In this document: positions 38,583 through 48,631 of the stretch, in pieces | Position numbering within the stretch: position 1 is the stretch's first letter | Layout of the letters: the number at the start of each line of letters is the position of its first letter | Assembly (NCBI GenBank): GCA_034530615.2 | Contig: JAVRCV020000073.1 | Span: forward strand, 160,001-224,000 | Origin: Aulosira sp. ZfuVER01 | Lineage (GTDB): Bacteria > Cyanobacteriota > Cyanobacteriia > Cyanobacteriales > Nostocaceae | Direction of reading: 5' to 3' | Length of the DNA: 64,000 bases | Translations under genes and position numbers: made by a program | The notes under the pieces: model-generated | The model's database searches: none | What the model was told of the DNA's origin: nothing | Seen by the model: the letters and a program-made list of their open reading frames with translations, nothing else

Positions 38583-39662
38583 CTCTATAAAAGTAGACTC
38601 ATATATTCTGGCTAATCAGTGAGAGATAGACTGTTGTTGGCAATACCAATAACTTTCACTTTAGCAAGAATTTTGTTATCTACAAACTAATCAATCAAGC
38701 AGATAGAAAGAGATATTTAATTATATTAACTTAGATTATTTGTATTTAAAATGCCGATAATATAATCTGATTTATTAGTCAGGGTAGTTTCTCTATTTCC
38801 ACCTCTACCTTAAGCAAGCCTTGCCAAGCATTAAATAAATAGTGGAAGCAGATCTGGCCACCTAAGTGTTTTCGTACATAGTCAACTATTAAAAGATTTC
38901 CGTAAGAAAGAGAAAAGTTAGTCCACAGAATGCCAGCAAAGAGATAATCATGATATTGGCAATGCTATGGTCAGAATGATTGAGATATTGTGAATTATTA
39001 GCCATATTAATCGACCTAATTGCAAATACTGATGATGCAATTTTAGATAGCTTGTAGCAATAATTTCCTGGCTAAAGAAAAAGTTGCTTTTAATTTATTT
39101 AGCTTTAATTAATTAGCTAATTTTGAAATGCAAAAATTAATTTTTTTGCGCAAATTACCAATTTATCATGATGTTTGATTTGACCCTTCCCTCTTATTCA
39201 AGGTTTAATAAATTGTCAATGCGGCTAATTTAGATGCCGATACAAAAATCATTATGACTCTTATTTTCTGATAAAACTTTACTTAGCTGATAGTGCATCT
39301 GTAAATTAGATTGAGTTATGAAACAAGAATTTTTCCAAGTCGTCTTTTAATGCTAGGACTCATTGTGATTACAAAGTCGATAGCTTGTAAAATTATTTAC
39401 TACAAATAAATAAAATAGCTGCAAACCTTTTCTCTGAGAGACTTAGGGTTAATGCATCTAGAAAAAGTATGTAAAATTCTATGCCTTTAGTTAGAGTTCA
39501 AATTACTGAGTAATAGATATTTTAAGTAAAGTGAACAAAGTTTACTTGGCAGTCTTCATCAGGCAGTTATATCAAATCGTATTTATATGCGATTCAAAAA
39601 TAATGTCAGAACTGACTTGTCTCTAGAGTCGAAAATACAAAATTAGCTTTTGGAGAGGTGAC

Positions 39663-42083
39663 ATGTCTGAATTGTTCCAAACAGTTTTAGAGAGTGAAGA
39701 GAAGACTGATTTGCGTTCCTTTATTAGCGAGTTACGCCAGCAAGAAAAGAAATATTTTTTACGTAACGATATCATTAATGTATATAGTGAATATTGTTCC
39801 AAGTATCAGAAGCCTGAGAAGTTTGGTAGTTCTTCTCATTTAGGCAAATTAATTTACTATACTCAGGAAATTATTCAAGAGGACTCTAACCTCTGCTTTA
39901 TTATTCGTCCGAAGATAGCCAGCCAAGAAATTTATCTGCTAACAGAAGACTTAAAAGTAGAACAGATGACCGTGCAGGAATTGTTGGATATGCGCGATCG
40001 CATAGTCAACAGATTCCATCCCAATGAAGGTGACTTGCTAGAACTGGACTTTGGCCCGTTTTATGACTACTCGCCAGTAATTCGCGATCCGAAGAATATT
40101 GGTAAGGGGGTACAGTTCCTCAACCGCTATCTATCTAGCAAATTATTGCAAGACGCTAAACAGTGGCTAGAGAGTTTATTCAATTTCTTGCGGTTACATC
40201 AATATAATGGTGTGCAGCTACTAATTAACGATCGCATCAAATCACAACAGCAACTTTCCGAGCAAGTTAAGAAAGCTTTGGCCTTTGTGAGCGATCGCCC
40301 CAGTGATGAACCCTATGAGGAATTTCGCTTTACCCTACAAACAATGGGTTTTGAACCGGGTTGGGGGAACACCGCCCAGCGCACTCAAGAGACTTTGAAC
40401 ATTCTTGACGAATTAATAGATTCTCCCGATCCCCAAGCCCTAGAAGCCTTCATCTCTCGCATTCCGATGATTTTTAAAATCGTCCTAGTGTCTCCCCACG
40501 GGTGGTTTGGACAAGAGGGAGTATTAGGACGACCCGATACAGGCGGTCAGGTGGTTTACGTCCTCGATCAGGCTAAGTCTCTAGAAAAACAGCTACAAGA
40601 AGATGCGATCCTCGCTGGCTTAGAAGGGCTAAATGTTCAGCCTAAGGTAATTATTCTAAGTCGCCTAATTCCTAATAATGATGGAACTCTTTGTAACCAA
40701 CGTTTAGAAAAAGTTCACGGTACAGAAAACGCCTGGATATTACGAGTACCTTTGCGGGAATTCAATCCCAACATGACGCAAAACTGGATTTCCCGGTTTG
40801 AATTTTGGCCTTATTTAGAAACCTATGCTATCGATGCGGAAAAAGAACTGCGCGCAGAATTCCAAGGACGACCAGACTTAATTGTTGGTAACTATTCTGA
40901 TGGGAATTTGGTAGCATTTCTACTGGCACGAAGAATGAAAGTGACCCAGTGTAATATTGCTCATGCCTTAGAAAAATCTAAATATTTGTTCAGTAACTTA
41001 TACTGGAACGATTTAGAGGATAAATATCATTTTTCCTTACAGTTTACCGCTGATTTAATTGCCATGAATGCTGCCAATTTTGTCATTAGCAGCACTTACC
41101 AAGAAATTGTGGGAACGCCGGATAGTGTGGGACAGTATGAATCTTATAAATGCTTCACCATGCCGGATTTGTACCATGTGGTAAATGGGATTGAATTATT
41201 TAGTCCTAAATTTAATGTGGTGCCACCAGGGGTAAATGAAAATTATTATTTCCCCTATACTCGTAATCAAGACCGAGTAGAGAGCGATCGCCAACGGATT
41301 AACGAGATGCTTTTCACGTTGGAAGATACCAGTCAAATCTTTGGTAAACTTGATAACCCAGACAAGCGTCCTATTTTCTCAATGGCACGTCTCGATCGGA
41401 TTAAAAACCTCACTGGTTTAGCAGAATGTTTTGGGAAGAATCAAGAATTACAAGAGCATTGTAACTTGATTCTAGTCGCAGGTAAGTTGCGTGTTGAAGA
41501 ATCAGGCGACAACGAAGAACGAGACGAAATTGTCAAACTTTACCAAATTATCGAGCAATACAATCTCCACGGTAAGATTCGCTGGCTGGGTGTGCGCCTA
41601 TCTAAAACTGATTCCGGTGAAATTTATCGCGTAATAGCTGACCATCAGGGAATTTTTGTCCAACCTGCCTTATTTGAAGCATTTGGTTTGACAATTTTGG
41701 AAGCGATGATTTCAGGGATACCAACTTTTGCGACACAATTTGGCGGGCCTTTAGAAATTATTCAAGACAAGGTGAATGGGTTTTACATTAATCCCACCAA
41801 TTTGGAAGAAACAGCCGCTAAAATTTTAGATTTTGTCACTAAATGCGAACACAATCCTGATTATTGGCAAAAAATTTCTCAGCAAAGTATTGAGCGTGTT
41901 TACAGCACATATACTTGGAAAATTCACACAACAAAGCTGCTATCTCTAGCACGGATTTACGGTTTTTGGAACTTTTCTTCTAAAGAAAATCGAGAAGATT
42001 TGCTGCGCTATATAGAGTCTTTGTTCTATTTAATTTACAAGCCAAGGGCACAACAACTATTGGAGCAGCATAAGTATCGTTAG
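39663..42083 (+). CDS. susA: Sucrose synthase
   Basis: 806 aa; PDTGGQVVY, HALEK, MARLDRIKN and EAFGLTILE motifs; resembles Anabaena SusA; GGAGAGG RBS. Confidence 0.95.
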   Translation: MSELFQTVLESEEKTDLRSFISELRQQEKKYFLRNDIINVYSEYCSKYQKPEKFGSSSHLGKLIYYTQEIIQEDSNLCFIIRPKIASQEIYLLTEDLKVEQMTVQELLDMRDRIVNRFHPNEGDLLELDFGPFYDYSPVIRDPKNIGKGVQFLNRYLSSKLLQDAKQWLESLFNFLRLHQYNGVQLLINDRIKSQQQLSEQVKKALAFVSDRPSDEPYEEFRFTLQTMGFEPGWGNTAQRTQETLNILDELIDSPDPQALEAFISRIPMIFKIVLVSPHGWFGQEGVLGRPDTGGQVVYVLDQAKSLEKQLQEDAILAGLEGLNVQPKVIILSRLIPNNDGTLCNQRLEKVHGTENAWILRVPLREFNPNMTQNWISRFEFWPYLETYAIDAEKELRAEFQGRPDLIVGNYSDGNLVAFLLARRMKVTQCNIAHALEKSKYLFSNLYWNDLEDKYHFSLQFTADLIAMNAANFVISSTYQEIVGTPDSVGQYESYKCFTMPDLYHVVNGIELFSPKFNVVPPGVNENYYFPYTRNQDRVESDRQRINEMLFTLEDTSQIFGKLDNPDKRPIFSMARLDRIKNLTGLAECFGKNQELQEHCNLILVAGKLRVEESGDNEERDEIVKLYQIIEQYNLHGKIRWLGVRLSKTDSGEIYRVIADHQGIFVQPALFEAFGLTILEAMISGIPTFATQFGGPLEIIQDKVNGFYINPTNLEETAAKILDFVTKCEHNPDYWQKISQQSIERVYSTYTWKIHTTKLLSLARIYGFWNFSSKENREDLLRYIESLFYLIYKPRAQQLLEQHKYR

Positions 42084-42106
42084 TTAGTCTGTAATTTTGC
42101 TGAATC

Positions 42107-42257
42107 TATAGGAATCCGATTTGATTACTGAAAAAATTTAAGTATGTGTAGGGTGCGTTATCACGAAGTGTAACGCACCGAATTCTAGACCTTGGTGCGT
42201 TGCGCTACGCGACAACACACCCTACGTGTATTTCAAAAATCAAATATGAATCCTATA
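42107..42257. mobile_element. MITE-like element (27-bp imperfect TIR, TA ends) carrying a REP-like doublet
   Basis: TATAGGAATCCGATTTGATTACTGAAA versus TTTCAAAAATCAAATATGAATCCTATA (22/27); interior GTAGGGTGCGTTA..TAACGCACC..GGTGCGTTG..CACCCTAC. Confidence 0.65.
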
Positions 42258-42324
42258 TATCCCTACTTCTTTAAGAAGTCGGGGATATGGGTAGCCATTT
42301 TTCCACTTGCTGTAGAAGGTTTGA

Positions 42325-43074
42325 CTAAGATAATTGAATTAACTTTTGAAATCTTTTATCGCTACGTATTTTATTGAAATCTGGATCGGTTTTTGCCAAT
42401 TTCTGATATCTACCAGGAGCTAGTTTGACTGCTTTATCCAGGTTGGTAATTGCTAATTCTACATTGCCTTGTAACGCATAAGAGCAAGCTTTATTATAAT
42501 ATGCTTCATGCTTACTGGGCTTAATTGCGATCGCTGTATCATAGGATTTTAATGCTTCAAGGTAGCGTTGCAGTTTTGTTAGTGCAATGCCTCGGTTAAT
42601 CCAAGCTGCGTACTTGTTAGGTTTAAGGGCGATCGCTTTATCGTATGCTGCGATCGCTTCTTTGTAGCGTTGCAAAGCTGTTAAAGCATTGCCGCGATTA
42701 TACCAAGTTATATCTTTGTCAGGTTTGATGGTAATTGCTCGATCGTATGATGCGATCGCTTCTTTGTAGCGTTTTAAAGACGTTAAAGCATTACCTCGGT
42801 TAATCCAAGCTTCGTCAATTTTTGGGTTAATTGCGATCACTCGATCGTAGGCTGCGATCGCATCTTGGTAGCGGTGGGCATCTAGCAGGTTATTACCTTG
42901 ATTCAAAAAATCTTCTGCATTTTGCCCGGATTGTGCCTTGATTAAAAGCTGGGAAACATTACTTTCCTGTACAACTTGTTTGGTATTTTCTGCCGTTAAA
43001 TTTGCCCAATCACTACAGCCAACTGTCGTTAAAGTGATAAAGCTACAGGCAATTAAACAGCGCCGTAAGACCAT
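42325..43074 (-). CDS. TPR-repeat lipoprotein
   Basis: Signal peptide ending in TVGC; about five TPR repeats (W.NRG.AL..L.RY.EAI..YD.AI.I.P). Confidence 0.9.
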   Translation of the reverse strand: MVLRRCLIACSFITLTTVGCSDWANLTAENTKQVVQESNVSQLLIKAQSGQNAEDFLNQGNNLLDAHRYQDAIAAYDRVIAINPKIDEAWINRGNALTSLKRYKEAIASYDRAITIKPDKDITWYNRGNALTALQRYKEAIAAYDKAIALKPNKYAAWINRGIALTKLQRYLEALKSYDTAIAIKPSKHEAYYNKACSYALQGNVELAITNLDKAVKLAPGRYQKLAKTDPDFNKIRSDKRFQKLIQLS

Positions 43075-43630
43075 GCTGTACCTACAGAACTCATAATTAT
43101 GATGCTAAAACTTGTTTCTCTTAAAAGATAGTATCAAACTACACTGTTTTTATCAATTTTTTCTTTGTTTTACAAATATATTTTTTGCATAAAGATAACA
43201 AGATAATAACATATTATGTGTTACCAAAATCAATAAATTTGTTGGGAAAACATCGATTTTATCCCTAGATTGATGGTTCTACCTGCGCAACAATCAAATA
43301 CTAGTCCGATATCCAAGAGATATTAAAGAGATATTATGTTGCCAGTTTTAAGAGATTCAGCCTTACTAAACTCTGCTCCAAGATCAGAAATTTTTCTCAA
43401 AGACAATTGCTGTTGATCGCGAGCAAAGAGAAATTTAATCGCTCTTGATATCAGAGTGATTGATTAACAAGAGGAAAACTTTCCTCAACTTAAACAAGCT
43501 CAACAACTAATGACAAATAACGACCCTAACGAGTCAATATCCAGCTAATTGCCATATTGCCTGAGCCTACCCTCTAGCAGTTAACATAAAACAGCTGTTT
43601 AACTGAGTATGCTGGGGCACAATATAAAGA

Positions 43631-44983
43631 ATGACGATTGAATCCAACTCCTCCAATTCACCAACCCCAGATCCCATCTCGGAAAATGACTTGCAACCAG
43701 ATGACTTTGATGATGGAGCAGGTGAGCATAACTTAACACCAGACGAGCTGGCTACACAACAGGCCTTAGCTGCCATTGCTTCTTTGCAATCTCCACAAAA
43801 TACAGTAGCTCTCAAACAAGCCCGTTCTTTCTTCAAGCCACCGACAAGCAATCTATTTACGGTCAAGCCAAGGGCATTGCTAATTACTTTATTAGCGATC
43901 GCCATTACCATCATCGGTCTTACCCTAAACAACTGGCTAATTGGCATTTTTGGCACGATAGTGGCTTTATTGTTGTCTCTGGCAATGCTATTGCCTTGGT
44001 TGCAAACTGTAATCCGAGAGTGGTTTTCACCTCAAGATAGAACAGTGTTCATTGCCTTTGTAGGGCTAGTAGTAGCGATAATCGGCTTGGTGAAATTTTC
44101 CGGGTTGGGCGATCGCTTGTTAGCTTGGGGACGCAAAATTAATTGGGAAGCTTCCGGTACTTTGGCGGAGTGGTTTGGGGCTTTGGGGCAAATTCTCATC
44201 GCCATCATCGCTGTTTACGTAGCTTGGCGACAATACGTGATTTCCAAAGATTTGACAATTCAGCAAAACCTGCTGACAGTTCAACAAAATATCATTACCC
44301 AACAGCAAACAATAGATTCTTATTTCCAAGGTGTCTCAGACTTGGTATTAGATGAAGAAGGACTATTAGAAGATTGGCCCCAAGAAAGGTCGATTGCAGA
44401 AGGACGTACAGCGGCCATTTTGAGTAGTGTCGATGGTAGCGGGAAAGCAAAGATTCTCCGCTTCCTTTCCCGTTCAAAATTACTCACACCCCTCAAACGC
44501 GATCGCCGTTTGGGAAGAGCTATTCTTAACGGTGTTGGTGGTTATGCTGAAGACCGCATTGAAGGTGTGCGTGTCATCGATTTAGGCGTGATGCTAGCTG
44601 GTGCAGACTTGGCTGGTACAGATTTGCGTTGGACTGACCTCAGCGAAGCTAATCTTGTCCGCGCCAATCTTAGTGGTTGTGATTTGGTAAAAGCCAACCT
44701 CTCCCGCACCATTCTCTATGATGCCAAACTCGGCAACGCCGACCTCAATGGAGTTCGTCTATTTTATGGTTCCGTGGAAAAGGCATCACCCCGCAGCCGC
44801 ACCGCGCCACCAAACTATCAAACAGGCGAACATACTGGTGCTGTAATCGAAAATGCTGATTTTACCGATGTACAACGTATGTCTGATGCAGCACGTTATT
44901 ACTGCTGTGCTTGGTGTGGTGAAAAAGCCAGAGGTACAATTCCTGGTGGCTGTGAAGGTATTCCGAATAAATTGGGACGATAA
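43631..44983 (+). CDS. Membrane protein with pentapeptide repeats
   Basis: About four TM segments; ADLAG-TDLRW-TDLSE-ANLVR-ANLSG repeats. Confidence 0.88.
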   Translation: MTIESNSSNSPTPDPISENDLQPDDFDDGAGEHNLTPDELATQQALAAIASLQSPQNTVALKQARSFFKPPTSNLFTVKPRALLITLLAIAITIIGLTLNNWLIGIFGTIVALLLSLAMLLPWLQTVIREWFSPQDRTVFIAFVGLVVAIIGLVKFSGLGDRLLAWGRKINWEASGTLAEWFGALGQILIAIIAVYVAWRQYVISKDLTIQQNLLTVQQNIITQQQTIDSYFQGVSDLVLDEEGLLEDWPQERSIAEGRTAAILSSVDGSGKAKILRFLSRSKLLTPLKRDRRLGRAILNGVGGYAEDRIEGVRVIDLGVMLAGADLAGTDLRWTDLSEANLVRANLSGCDLVKANLSRTILYDAKLGNADLNGVRLFYGSVEKASPRSRTAPPNYQTGEHTGAVIENADFTDVQRMSDAARYYCCAWCGEKARGTIPGGCEGIPNKLGR

Positions 44984-45126
44984 GTCTTCTGTAGTGCTGA
45001 ATAGAGAGTTCTGAGTAACGAGTAATTCAAGATGAAAGAGTTGTTAATGTTGCGGGAATACTGAAGCAAGACCCTGTATTGAAAAATTTATGGGGGTTTG
45101 ATTTAAAGTCAGTAGCCCAAAGCACA

Positions 45127-45657
45127 ATGAATAAAATAATTCCATTAGATAGTTTTACTGTCTTGACATCTGACACAGCAGATGAAATTCTACAACGGTT
45201 GAGACAATGTTTATTCTACCAAGGAACGATTTCTGAACAAGGCTTTAAAATTACTCGAAATTACTATCGCGCCGGATTAACACTTATTCAAGGACGTTTT
45301 GAAGCACAATCTCATCAAACAGCCGTTCATATAAAAATGAGCATACACCCTATGTTTATTGCATCTTTAGGGTTCTTGTTTTTGTTTTGGTATGGAATAG
45401 CTGTTCCCAACGCTTTTGAATCTGCTACATATATTTATGCACAACCACAGCATGTGTCGATATATTCTTCAGATGGAAATGTGGTTTCCAGTGCGATTAA
45501 ATCTGTTGCTGAAGCTACTAAGGGTACTATGCCTACTCATTTAGCTGCAATGTATTTAGGACTTCCTATAGTAATGCTGATGATATTTTGGGTAGCTTTT
45601 CGGGCAGATGCAAAACGAATTCGGCGTGAATTATCTCACATTATTCAAGGTAAATAG
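45127..45657 (+). CDS. Hypothetical membrane protein
   Basis: Two hydrophobic segments; start set to ATG 45127 (ORF open from 45079). Confidence 0.6.
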   Translation: MNKIIPLDSFTVLTSDTADEILQRLRQCLFYQGTISEQGFKITRNYYRAGLTLIQGRFEAQSHQTAVHIKMSIHPMFIASLGFLFLFWYGIAVPNAFESATYIYAQPQHVSIYSSDGNVVSSAIKSVAEATKGTMPTHLAAMYLGLPIVMLMIFWVAFRADAKRIRRELSHIIQGK

Positions 45658-45710
45658 TCCACTAAAAGCACCACTTTCGTGAATAATTTAGTGGTTTATT
45701 TGTCCCTTTT

Positions 45711-45736
45711 AATTACGAATTACGAATTACGAATTA
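45711..45736. repeat. Heptamer tandem repeat (AATTACG)n
   Basis: About 3.7 copies at the map 3' end. Confidence 0.8.
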
Positions 45737-46507
45737 TTTATCGCCTTCAGCTTGGGTGAGGATTTCCACTCCATCTTCAGTTACAGCTAAGGTATGCTCA
45801 CATTGAGCCGAAAGTTTGCGATCGCGCGTTAAAGCAGTCCAACCATCACTGAGAACTTCTACTTCCCAAGTACCTTCGTTAATCATTGGCTCAATTGTAA
45901 ATACCATCCCCGGACGCAAACGCTTACCTTTACCGCGTGTACCATAGTGCGGAATATCTGGTGCCGTATGGAAAACGTTGCTGATCCCATGTCCAACAAA
46001 GTCTCGCACCACAGAAAAGCCTTGTGCTTCAGCATATTCTTGGATCGCCGCACCGATATCGCCAATTCGCGCTCCTGGTTTGACTTCAGCAATCCCTCTG
46101 CGCCGACACTCTTCTGTCACCTCTACTAGCTTTCTCGCTTTTGGTGAAGGATTACCTACCAAAAATGTCTTGGATGTATCGCCGTGATAACCATCAACTA
46201 TCAGCGTTACATCAATATTAATGATGTCACCATCCCTAAGTATCTGCTTGGCATTAGGAATACCGTGACAAATTACCTCGTTCACACTGGTGCAAATCGA
46301 TTTAGGAAAGCCCTTGTAGCCTAAGGGTGCGCTTTTTGCTCCATGCGCCTGAGTCCAACGTTCGGCTTCATCATTGATTTGCAGAGTGCTAACCCCTGGC
46401 TTCACCATTGGTTCTAGATGCTGTAAGAGTTGGGCTGCTAATCGTCCCACCTTACGCATTTTCTCTAATTCTCTCTGGGATAAAATAACGATTGTTTCGC
46501 TTTTCAT
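45734..46507 (-). CDS. map: Methionine aminopeptidase type I
   Basis: CTSVNEVICHGIP, DVT...GDT, GHGI, TIEPMIN and SAQCEHT motifs. Confidence 0.95.
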   Translation of the reverse strand: MKSETIVILSQRELEKMRKVGRLAAQLLQHLEPMVKPGVSTLQINDEAERWTQAHGAKSAPLGYKGFPKSICTSVNEVICHGIPNAKQILRDGDIINIDVTLIVDGYHGDTSKTFLVGNPSPKARKLVEVTEECRRRGIAEVKPGARIGDIGAAIQEYAEAQGFSVVRDFVGHGISNVFHTAPDIPHYGTRGKGKRLRPGMVFTIEPMINEGTWEVEVLSDGWTALTRDRKLSAQCEHTLAVTEDGVEILTQAEGDK

Positions 46508-46524
46508 AGACTTTTACTAATGTC

Positions 46525-47529
46525 TTAAATATCTTTCATAAATATAGTTAAGCCTGTTTCCGCGGCTCTTCTAGCAGCTTCAGCAACTTTCAAGGTATAT
46601 AAGCTCTCTTCTGGGGTGACATATAAAGGCGTTCCATCAAAAATACGATCTAACACCATAGTAGTGTCTTTAGCAAATAAACCCCGACGAGTACCCACTT
46701 CTATCGGTGTTGTTTCCCCCGCTTGCACCAAAAATCCTCGATCGCCATCAAATATCAAGCCGCCTTTTTCTCCATGAACTTCAAACTTACGTTCTTGCTG
46801 CCAAAGAGTTTCGCCTTTGCCATAGACTACTTGTGCTAGAAGTCCACTATCAAAACACAGTTGAGTCAAACAAAAGCAGGTTTGATAATATTCTGGTTCT
46901 ATTTGCCAAAATCGCTGATGAGAGTTAACTGTGAAGACTTCACCGAATAAATCTGTGAGACGATGTAATCGGGAAAGCGCACCCATCAAAGGGAATCCGA
47001 ACAACTCATGGTTATAAGTCCACTTGCGGGGTGCAGGATACCTGGGTGAAATTGTGCTATAGCGGACATAAAAAATATCACCAACTTTTTCTATGTGTTG
47101 CTTTAAAGCTTGATGCAATCCGCCCAAGAGTTCAATGTGTTCGACGTGTAGCACTTTATTTTGGGCTTTCGCTAAAGCGATGATTTCCGCTGCTTCTACC
47201 ACATCTAAAGCCAGGGGATATTCGACAATTACGTGTTTACCATGTGTAAGTGCCGCACGAGCGATCGCCCCATGATCTCGATTAATAGTAGAGATGATGA
47301 CTAAATCTATATCTTCGCGCTCTACTAGCTGTTGCCAAGAACTCATCGCCTCAGCTTGGTACTCTTGCGCGAAGGCTTGCGTATTTTCTAGTGTATGTCC
47401 GACGATCGCCACTAACTGCGATCGCTCATCTTGTAGCAAGGCCTCACTCCGAAACTTTGCCGCATAACCAGTACCAACCAACCCCACTCGCACTTTTGCT
47501 TGTTCTAAAGTTGCCTCGGAATTATACAT
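46525..47529 (-). CDS. bvdR: Biliverdin reductase (Gfo/Idh/MocA fold)
   Basis: VGTGYAA, HVIVEYP, HVEHIELLGG and WTY..FGFPL..ALSR motifs characteristic of cyanobacterial BvdR. Confidence 0.85.
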   Translation of the reverse strand: MYNSEATLEQAKVRVGLVGTGYAAKFRSEALLQDERSQLVAIVGHTLENTQAFAQEYQAEAMSSWQQLVEREDIDLVIISTINRDHGAIARAALTHGKHVIVEYPLALDVVEAAEIIALAKAQNKVLHVEHIELLGGLHQALKQHIEKVGDIFYVRYSTISPRYPAPRKWTYNHELFGFPLMGALSRLHRLTDLFGEVFTVNSHQRFWQIEPEYYQTCFCLTQLCFDSGLLAQVVYGKGETLWQQERKFEVHGEKGGLIFDGDRGFLVQAGETTPIEVGTRRGLFAKDTTMVLDRIFDGTPLYVTPEESLYTLKVAEAARRAAETGLTIFMKDI

Positions 47530-47586
47530 GACAGTTACTAGTTCTGTTTGTAGATTTTCTCTGTGGGCAAAGCCAATTGCTTAGAC

Positions 47587-47792
47587 TCTACAGCGCCTGG
47601 CTAAAGCTGTAGATGCCACAAGCGACACTTACTACCCTACACTTTGGGTACTCCCAAGGAGTAATGGAATAATTCCGCCCGAACACCACGACGTGCAGAG
47701 GTTTTTGATTCATAGCCAGCGCGGAAATAAACATACCATACCCTGAGGGTTCGGTGTACTCCAAAAGCAAAACCCCATAGTAGTTGCTACCC
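47587..47792 (-). ncRNA. Putative structured non-coding RNA or 5' leader between petF and bvdR
   Basis: Nested complementary blocks with G-U pairs favouring the minus strand, plus a 3' hairpin (see finding). Family not identified. Confidence 0.5.
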
Positions 47793-48073
47793 GTCTACAC
47801 AACAGCACAAAAGTCTGAAATCAAGGTGTTTCATTCACACCTTAATCTTTGAGGAACTTATATATAAGTTTTTCAAATATTAGGCTTGAGAAGCAATTAA
47901 ATATATAAGAAAAAGTTATTAGTATTAAATAACTAAATTTCATTACTAATCGCGACCGATTTCGAGTTACATCCTTGAGTTTTTCTCGTAGTATCAGAAT
48001 TGAAGCAAATTTGAAACAGCGGCTAATCCCATAAGAATAGCCGTGGTCTTTGCCTGCCTTTGCTTTAGGATAA

Positions 48074-48409
<336 letters not shown>

Positions 48410-48472
48410 GAATTTAGACACCTCAATCATCAAATCTCTTCCAAGAGTTACGTTGGTGTAAAAAACAAAGCA

Positions 48473-48514
48473 GCACAGTTAAGGAGAAAAATTTTCCTTG
48501 ACTGTGTGTTTTTT
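48473..48514 (+). terminator. Rho-independent terminator after petF
   Basis: GCACAGTTAAGGA / TCCTTGACTGTGT stem followed by a T-run. Confidence 0.7.
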
Positions 48515-48631
48515 AAATAGAATTGGTGTCTTTCTTTAGTAGATTAAGTTTCGTAGTAAGGACTTAAGTCCTTGTTTCAGCACTGAAGTGCTTACTACGC
48601 ACTCAAAAAAGTCTTGATTTTCTATTTGTCT

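Noticed and set aside
38583..39662. AT-rich 1.1-kb region after tRNA-His as a genomic island
   Set aside because: No integrase, no duplicated tRNA 3' end and no substantial ORF; best read as the susA upstream region.
43567..43956. 129-aa antisense ORF and similar shadow ORFs (e.g. 11145-11552, 34794-35228, 51006-51420, 54442-54822, 62261-62569)
   Set aside because: They overlap well-supported genes or repeats and lack motifs.
47588..47770. 60-aa ORF over the structured element
   Set aside because: TTG start with no clear RBS or motif; the base-pairing pattern explains the region better, although coding is not strictly excluded.
47587..47792. Identification of the structured element as 6S RNA
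   Set aside because: Size and rod shape are compatible, but I do not recognise cyanobacterial 6S sequence motifs, so it is left unassigned.
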